The notes below the pieces were generated by a model that saw only the letters and a list, made by a program, of their open reading frames with translations, was not told where the DNA came from and did no database searches. The translations under genes and the position numbers were made by a program. A stretch of 64,000 nt of DNA from an uncultured virus (IMG/VR IMGVR_UViG_3300009060_000024) (lineage: Duplodnaviria > Heunggongvirae > Uroviricota > Caudoviricetes): IMG/VR virus record IMGVR_UViG_3300009060_000024; one strand, 5' to 3'. Below, in pieces: positions 58,571 through 64,000 of the stretch; the stretch's first letter is position 1; each line of letters opens with the position of its first letter.

Positions 58571-59517
58571 AACTCGCTCTAATAGCGTTCGACGCTCTGG
58601 ACCCACGGGTGATATACTCAAACAGGAACAACCTCCCTAACTTTGATGAGCTTCTAGATAATTCGATGCATGGAAAATGGAAAACTCCAGGCCACACAAT
58701 ACCATCTTTCACAGCCACTCTAACGGGGAGACAATATAACGTATTCAATTTCCATTGGGATGAGGGCGAAGGAGGATACCAAAGACACAGACAGACGGGG
58801 TTCAAGTATCTGTGGGAGATGACAGATGCGTCGATGACACTTCTTAATATACCAGTTCTATACCCACCTGAAGATATAAACGGTGTGATGGTATCAAGCA
58901 TGCTGTGCCCAGATGATCTAGCAACGTCTAATCTCGCGCTACCCAAAGACGTTCAGTCAATGCTTAACGACATGGAGTATATACACGAGGTTAGAGCGGA
59001 TAAAGTGTTTGACGATCTGGGAGCTGAAGGTATGCTTGACCTGCTTAAACAAACATCAAAGAAGAGGACAGAGGCAGCATACAAACTTATCGACAGTTAC
59101 GATAACGATCTGTTCTATGGTGTGTGGACATCTACCGATAGATGGTTCCACAGAGGCCACACACATGGAGTAGATTACTTCCCAATGTACGAGGACGCTG
59201 ATGAACAGCTTGGAAAAATGATGGATAAAATACCCGATGACATACCAACGGTAGTATTCAGTGATCATGGGTTTGCCCACTATCCATCAGATAACGCTGT
59301 TCATACTGGGCATATGTATGACGGGTTCTACGCCATAAAGAACGACAGTATGCCAAACCACAGAGATGACACAGCTTCGATATTCGACCTACTCCCAACA
59401 GTTGTTAACTATCTGGGGGGCGATATACCATCAGCTTGCCAAGGCAGAATGTTATTCCATACAGATGACCAAGATGACCAAATAAAGCAGAGGTTAGATG
59501 ACTTAGGATACTTGTAA
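58567..59517 (+). CDS. alkaline-phosphatase-superfamily phosphodiesterase
   Basis: AFDALD, TIPSFTATLTG, DRWFH, SDHGF, RLDDLGYL. Confidence 0.88.
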   Translation: MKLALIAFDALDPRVIYSNRNNLPNFDELLDNSMHGKWKTPGHTIPSFTATLTGRQYNVFNFHWDEGEGGYQRHRQTGFKYLWEMTDASMTLLNIPVLYPPEDINGVMVSSMLCPDDLATSNLALPKDVQSMLNDMEYIHEVRADKVFDDLGAEGMLDLLKQTSKKRTEAAYKLIDSYDNDLFYGVWTSTDRWFHRGHTHGVDYFPMYEDADEQLGKMMDKIPDDIPTVVFSDHGFAHYPSDNAVHTGHMYDGFYAIKNDSMPNHRDDTASIFDLLPTVVNYLGGDIPSACQGRMLFHTDDQDDQIKQRLDDLGYL

Positions 59518-59581
59518 CATACATTTTTGCGAGTGTGCAGTACGTTTAAATATAACGACCCCGTGTATGCTAGTGTAGAAC

Positions 59582-59731
59582 ATGCCAGCTATACATGGTG
59601 GAGTCTCAGATGAGATGCTAGAGGCTATTGACGAACACATGGTGGGACACGACGGCATTGAAGAAAGGAAAAATGCCGTCGAGTACGCACTCGAATACAC
59701 ATTATACAACAAGTACGGTATAGAACTGTGA
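59582..59731 (+). CDS. small RHH-like protein (not in ORF track)
   Basis: MPAIHGGVSDEMLEAIDE...AVEYALE; upstream TTTAAAT. Confidence 0.5.
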   Translation: MPAIHGGVSDEMLEAIDEHMVGHDGIEERKNAVEYALEYTLYNKYGIEL

Positions 59732-59737
59732 AGGTAA

Positions 59738-60184
59738 ATGGCTGCAGACAGTCATAAAATAAGGCCGCATCAGGTAGATGAAACTCCGACAAGATCAAAA
59801 CTAACGAACCTGTTACTTCTGTTCAAAAAGCATGATGACCTAGAGATAGACGACATAATACAGGCTGAGTATGGAGAGGATCATTTCGGGGGTCATGTGT
59901 ACGGAGACGGAAACGGAGAACACGACCCATCATCAATGGACAACAACGACGACTTACAACATAACAACGACCAAGCAAGGCCAGAATACTGGTACGACAA
60001 GATAGAGGACACAGTAGAGGAAAATGAGGAGAGATCAGTAAACAATTCTAATGTTATACGGCGTTTGCAGTTTAAACTAGATACAGTTGACTACAGAACG
60101 GTATGGGTTATGAGAATACTTACAGGCGTACTCTTTGCGATCATAGCTGATATGATCATAAAAACGTTTCCCAGCGTTCTATAG
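59738..60184 (+). CDS. C-terminally membrane-anchored protein
   Basis: Acidic body plus hydrophobic C-terminal helix. Confidence 0.65.
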   Translation: MAADSHKIRPHQVDETPTRSKLTNLLLLFKKHDDLEIDDIIQAEYGEDHFGGHVYGDGNGEHDPSSMDNNDDLQHNNDQARPEYWYDKIEDTVEENEERSVNNSNVIRRLQFKLDTVDYRTVWVMRILTGVLFAIIADMIIKTFPSVL

Positions 60185-60239
60185 TACCGCTACAGACGGC
60201 ACAGACGGGTAGTATAGGCCCCGAGACGCCCGTTTTCTT

Positions 60240-60317
60240 ACGTCTCAAGCCTTCTACACGCCCCGTCCACACGACCCTATGCTTTCGTGCCATAACATAG
60301 GCATGTAAACCAATCTC
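60240..60317 (-). repeat. dispersed 78-bp element, copy 2 (inverted)
   Basis: Homologous to 20787..20864. Confidence 0.8.
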
Positions 60318-60323
60318 TATTAC

Positions 60324-60605
60324 TCACCGTATATCTCTTACTATATCATCAATAGAATTAGAAACATCAACCATATCAACATCTCCTAAGAACCCTGTTT
60401 GATTTTCTTTCCATGACATTGTAAATTTGCTCACATAACAATCGTCGTTTTCACATTCCCATTTAGAATCTGATAACTGAGTTCCAACACACGCACATTT
60501 CGGACATGCCTTATCTACACCTGGACTTTTCTCTACATGTCTGCTAGATTCATTGTTTTGTATGCTGCTGCTTGTTCCGTCGTCTATTAGGTCTTTTATC
60601 GTCAT
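60324..60605 (-). CDS. Zn-ribbon protein
   Basis: CPKC...CENDDC; paralog of the next gene. Confidence 0.7.
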   Translation of the reverse strand: MTIKDLIDDGTSSSIQNNESSRHVEKSPGVDKACPKCACVGTQLSDSKWECENDDCYVSKFTMSWKENQTGFLGDVDMVDVSNSIDDIVRDIR

Positions 60606-60814
60606 GTTGTATCATTTGTTGGTGATAGAGTAAAAGTGGTAGCATCGCAATCTTCATTGAGGCAAGAATAATAGTAATGTCTCTCCTCTGTGTTTCTCAT
60701 TCTACACTGTGGACACATTACATTACCACTGTAACATGTTTTTGGCTTATCGAGCCAAGACGATGCATCCTCTTTTTCTGAAGATGCGTCATCTACTAAG
60801 TCTTTAACTCCCAT
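60602..60814 (-). CDS. Zn-ribbon protein
   Basis: CPQC...CLNEDC; start moved out of tRNA-Gln. Confidence 0.7.
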   Translation of the reverse strand: MGVKDLVDDASSEKEDASSWLDKPKTCYSGNVMCPQCRMRNTEERHYYYSCLNEDCDATTFTLSPTNDTT

Positions 60815-60823
60815 AATTACATA

Positions 60824-60896
60824 TAGTCCCGTAGAGATTCGAACTCTAGTCCTCGGCTCCAAAGGCCGATGTGATTGGCCGCTACACCACGGGACT
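60824..60896 (-). tRNA. tRNA-Gln(TTG)
   Basis: AGTCCCG/CGGGACT-A; TCGGC-CT TTG GA-GCCGA. Confidence 0.95.
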
Positions 60897-60900
60897 CAGA

Positions 60901-60989
60901 CGGCAGGACTGGGATTTGAACCCAGAGTGGAGTCATTACCTCCGGCTGGTTCTCAAGACCAGTGCATTGCCAGATTCTGCCATCCTGCC
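60901..60989 (-). tRNA. tRNA-Ser(TGA)
   Basis: Long variable arm; CTGGT-CT TGA GA-ACCAG; G73. Confidence 0.95.
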
Positions 60990-61055
60990 ACATATTATTT
61001 TAACTCTTTGTTAGCATCTCTATATACACGACCACACTAATAAATTTTGTGCGTG

Positions 61056-61328
61056 TTATGCGTCATTGTGTTGGTCTACCATTGGTATGCTCCTTTCTTC
61101 ATCCTTTGGTATTGGGTTTCCGTCTTGGTCGAGCATTATTGTGTCATCTGGGACGTTAGTGCGTTTATACACTGTACGTCTCCCGCATTCAAAGCACTTC
61201 ATGACAGGAACGTCATCGTACTTTTTGTTTATCCATATTACCCGCATACAATCATTATGCATGCAGTAGTATGGGATCTCTTCTTGTTGCGTCTTTACAG
61301 ATCTGCTGTATGTATCGTTATGTCTCAT
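61056..61328 (-). CDS. Zn-ribbon protein
   Basis: CMHNDC, CFEC. Confidence 0.65.
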   Translation of the reverse strand: MRHNDTYSRSVKTQQEEIPYYCMHNDCMRVIWINKKYDDVPVMKCFECGRRTVYKRTNVPDDTIMLDQDGNPIPKDEERSIPMVDQHNDA

Positions 61329-61476
61329 TCGTACCCCCAATTATCATCTTCTGGCTCTTCCTCCGACCATCCACATTGCACACATATTTGTTTGTCCAAT
61401 AATGCACTTCGGTTAAAATGGCCGCAATTAGGACACGTCCAGCGGTTGTATGTTTCAACCATTTAATCACCTCCAA

Positions 61477-61549
61477 AGCTACCAGAGGGATTTGAACCCC
61501 CGACAACATCCTTACAAGGGACGCGCTCTACCAACTGAGCCATGGTAGC
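61477..61549 (-). tRNA. tRNA-Thr(TGT)
   Basis: CGTCC-CT TGT AA-GGATG; U73. Confidence 0.95.
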
Positions 61550-61554
61550 ACTCA

Positions 61555-61627
61555 CGGACATGACGAGACTCGAACTCGCGATCTAGAGGTTAGGAACCTC
61601 TCGCCTTGTCCACTAGGCCACATGTCC
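61555..61627 (-). tRNA. tRNA-Arg(CCT)
   Basis: AGAGG-TT CCT AA-CCTCT. Confidence 0.95.
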
Positions 61628-61763
61628 AAATGGCTGCTTAGGGCAGCCAATCCGACTACGGGTGCGTATTGTGACGATCATATCTCAACCCTCACTGACC
61701 AGGCAAGGGTGCATCTGTTCCTTGCTCTCCCCTCTATTTAATATTGCGCCGAGGAGGCGCAAG

Positions 61764-61837
61764 CGCCTGCCCGAGGAATCGAACCTCGAACCTTCTGGGT
61801 AACAGCCAGATGCTCTACCAGGTTGAGCTAGGCAGGC
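61764..61837 (-). tRNA. tRNA-Asn(GTT)
   Basis: TCTGG-CT GTT AC-CCAGA; G73. Confidence 0.95.
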
Positions 61838-62079
61838 TTATAGGGGATTTTATGCCTCCCCCACAGAGCATCGGCACTCCAACACGCCACCATTACACAA
61901 TTTGTGAATCCTGATGTTAAGTTCAGGCTTCACCATCCCACGTGTCAATTGTCCCGACGAATCAACCTATCGAATGAGGTCTACGTTGTTGTGTACTCTA
62001 TCTTCCGTGATATGATACGAGTTATGGTAGCAGGTAAGCTCTCGCTCGCGTGTCAATGTGGCATGTTTTACATGCCGAG

Positions 62080-62152
62080 TGGACCACCTCGGATTTGAAC
62101 CGAGATCTGCACGTCCCAAACGTGCAATGATACCAAGGTACACCAGTGGTCC
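62080..62152 (-). tRNA. tRNA-Pro(TGG)
   Basis: GCACG-TT TGG GA-CGTGC. Confidence 0.93.
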
Positions 62153-62155
62153 AAA

Positions 62156-62268
62156 TGGGAGTGGGAGGGATCGAACCCCCGTCACAGATGTCATGATTGA
62201 GTTAGCGACATATGGCAATTTTGTTTGATGCTCACCATTACTGTGACATTCCATTAAATTACACTCCC
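62156..62268 (-). ncRNA. atypical tRNA-like RNA (~113 nt)
   Basis: Acceptor GGGAGTG/CACTCCC-A and T arm GGGGG-TTCGATC-CCTCC, but the anticodon arm is replaced by a branched insert. Confidence 0.7.
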
Positions 62269-62421
62269 TCGTTTATCGCTTCTATTAACGTTTTTTCAAA
62301 CGACGATTTAGTTACTCCGGGGCATTGTGGACAGATGATTACATCTTGATCACGAGGATATACGACCCTGTAGAAGTCGTCGCTTATGTAACCTCCACAG
62401 TTCTCGCACTCGTGTGACACA

Positions 62422-63279
62422 CTATGACTTTAGGGAACGTGGTTTTATAATTCTTTCGGGTAGTGTTATACGATTCTCATCGTTCGGGAATCGTGGAGGT
62501 ATCATCCAACTTTGTTTTATGCCACATTCCCAGTTAGATGTTATCTTCATTGGGTAATGGTTATCTAAATATATGTTAACAGTATCTGTGTTAACGATGG
62601 TCGAGTCTAGATAACCCATAGACATTATACAGTCTGTTATATGCTCCTCAGACTCATCATGCGGAGAGCCTTCATAATGGTCAACGTTACTCCAGTCTAT
62701 ATCATAGTCATCAAAATCTTCCCAATGAATACGCTCTGCCATTTCAGAGTCATCCGAGTCTGTCCACATATAGAACAACCCATCTCTTGCACTTAGATAC
62801 ATGTATCCATTCTTCTTATCCCCCATCCCCTTATCATAGTCGTTAATAAAATCGCTTATGAAGGAGAAATCGTTGGTAATTTTAACAGATGTGTCTAGAT
62901 CAGGAACTTGATCTGGGACACCTGATACTTGGTCAGGATCTGTCATTGGGAACTTATATTCCCTGTTGTCTGCATCAAGCTGAAGTTTATATAATTTCCC
63001 GGCAGATTGTACTATCTCGAACGTAACAGTATCATCGTTCACACTCGAAACGTAATCTATGATTCTGCTAACGTCTATGCCAATACGTGGAAACTCTCCA
63101 ACTTCCCACACCTCCATCGACTCGGATGGTATAAACGCTGCTTGAAGTGCAGTGTTTGACATTTCATTAACTCTTATAACCATCCCTTTTTCACTCATGT
63201 TTATGAGTAACTCATCTCTGTACTCATTGAGTGAATTGAATACATCATACAGCCTGTCCGCTTGTATCTCCATTTTCAT
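62422..63279 (-). CDS. pcn: PCNA-like sliding clamp (divergent)
   Basis: DELLINMSEKGMVIR...ALQAAFIP...IGIDVSRI; DTVNIYLDNHYPMKI...WMIPPR. Confidence 0.8.
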   Translation of the reverse strand: MKMEIQADRLYDVFNSLNEYRDELLINMSEKGMVIRVNEMSNTALQAAFIPSESMEVWEVGEFPRIGIDVSRIIDYVSSVNDDTVTFEIVQSAGKLYKLQLDADNREYKFPMTDPDQVSGVPDQVPDLDTSVKITNDFSFISDFINDYDKGMGDKKNGYMYLSARDGLFYMWTDSDDSEMAERIHWEDFDDYDIDWSNVDHYEGSPHDESEEHITDCIMSMGYLDSTIVNTDTVNIYLDNHYPMKITSNWECGIKQSWMIPPRFPNDENRITLPERIIKPRSLKS

Positions 63280-63554
63280 TTATGATCTAGCCAATTGTCT
63301 GCTGTTACGTTTGTCTTTCCGTTACTACCGTTTGAACTCTTCTCAAGGTCTATGTCAGTCTCTTCTATAACATAGTCTGCCATGAGTGTTTCCAACACCT
63401 TTATTCTCCTCTCTATATTTTCCATTCTCTTATCATACTCTACTACAAGTTTATACATCCTCTTAAGCCTTTCGTCATCTGTCTGTGCTTCGTCAACGTC
63501 ATCTGGAGTAGTTTCGTCTTTATCTCCAGTGTCAACTATATCATCTAGTCCCAT
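63276..63554 (-). CDS. coiled-coil hypothetical protein
   Basis: 92-aa ORF. Confidence 0.65.
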   Translation of the reverse strand: MGLDDIVDTGDKDETTPDDVDEAQTDDERLKRMYKLVVEYDKRMENIERRIKVLETLMADYVIEETDIDLEKSSNGSNGKTNVTADNWLDHK

Positions 63555-63982
63555 TTATTACTCGTGGGCTGTTTATTGTTGTTCCATTCTCTGCCACTGT
63601 TAACAAGCGACGAAACTGCGTCGTCAACCGATGTTGTAATGGCATCAGAATGATACTCTAAGAACACGGGTATGTCATCCTTGCTCGATTCATCTGTAAG
63701 AAGCACTGATGGTATCCCAAGGGAATAAGCTACATGATTCTCGTAGTACGTTCCACATGTATTGAATGGTTCTATAACCCGCATCAGTATTCCGTCACTG
63801 TCCTTAACAGCGTTTTTACATACTTCTGGGATTGATTTTCGGTCTTCGTGTTTGCACAGATTTATTGGGTTGATCCAATCAATACTTGGGTACCTGTCTA
63901 TTATGTCCTCTCTCCATTCGTTAGCGTATTCTATGCTTTCAACCGCGTCAACTGGGCCTGCAAGGTAGTACATTTTATCCAT
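63545..63982 (-). CDS. nucleoside 2-deoxyribosyltransferase-like protein
   Basis: YYLAGP...WRE...INP...SDGIL...GTYYE...AYSLGIP. Confidence 0.8.
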   Translation of the reverse strand: MDKMYYLAGPVDAVESIEYANEWREDIIDRYPSIDWINPINLCKHEDRKSIPEVCKNAVKDSDGILMRVIEPFNTCGTYYENHVAYSLGIPSVLLTDESSKDDIPVFLEYHSDAITTSVDDAVSSLVNSGREWNNNKQPTSNKWD

Positions 63983-64000
63983 TGTTATTTGTTGTTCAGC

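Noticed and set aside
61742..61762. GCCUCCUCGGC right after tRNA-Asn resembles an HDV L3 (theta ribozyme position)
   Set aside because: It forms a simple UUGCGCC/GGCGCAA hairpin; I could not build P1, P1.1 and P2.
61967..62254. 95-aa ORF, and likewise 10029..10229 and 61318..61509
   Set aside because: They overlap tRNA or tRNA-like genes.

Overview
This window is part of a large, tRNA-rich virus genome, most likely infecting haloarchaea. Support for that host: acidic proteome, haloarchaeal PadR, archaeal PCNA, CCA-less tRNAs, and archaeal TATA/BRE promoters. (1) 1-14.9 kb is a minus-strand early region of small genes, including a GHKL ATPase, SprT and PadR. It is headed by a ~530-nt GC-rich structured RNA. 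Its intergenic spacers carry five HDV-like ribozymes, one type III hammerhead ribozyme and seven anticodon-less mini-tRNA elements. Together these suggest an RNA-encoded system that cuts the polycistron into gene-sized mRNAs, which is the top finding. (2) 15-60 kb is a morphogenesis and surface-modification region with glycosyltransferases, two UbiA prenyltransferases, an Mrp-type ATPase fused to an SCP2-like domain, an S8 protease, a ferritin-like protein, a Xer-like recombinase and an AAA+ ATPase. It also has a candidate jelly-roll capsid protein, a candidate nucleoprotein, an expanded family of small basic paralogs and a candidate origin at ~48.1-48.8 kb. I recognised no terminase, portal, HK97 capsid or FtsK-type packaging ATPase. 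(3) 60-64 kb has a tRNA cluster with unusual tRNA-like RNAs, PCNA and a nucleoside deoxyribosyltransferase-like gene. All RNA structures were paired by hand, protein calls are motif-based, and no searches were run.
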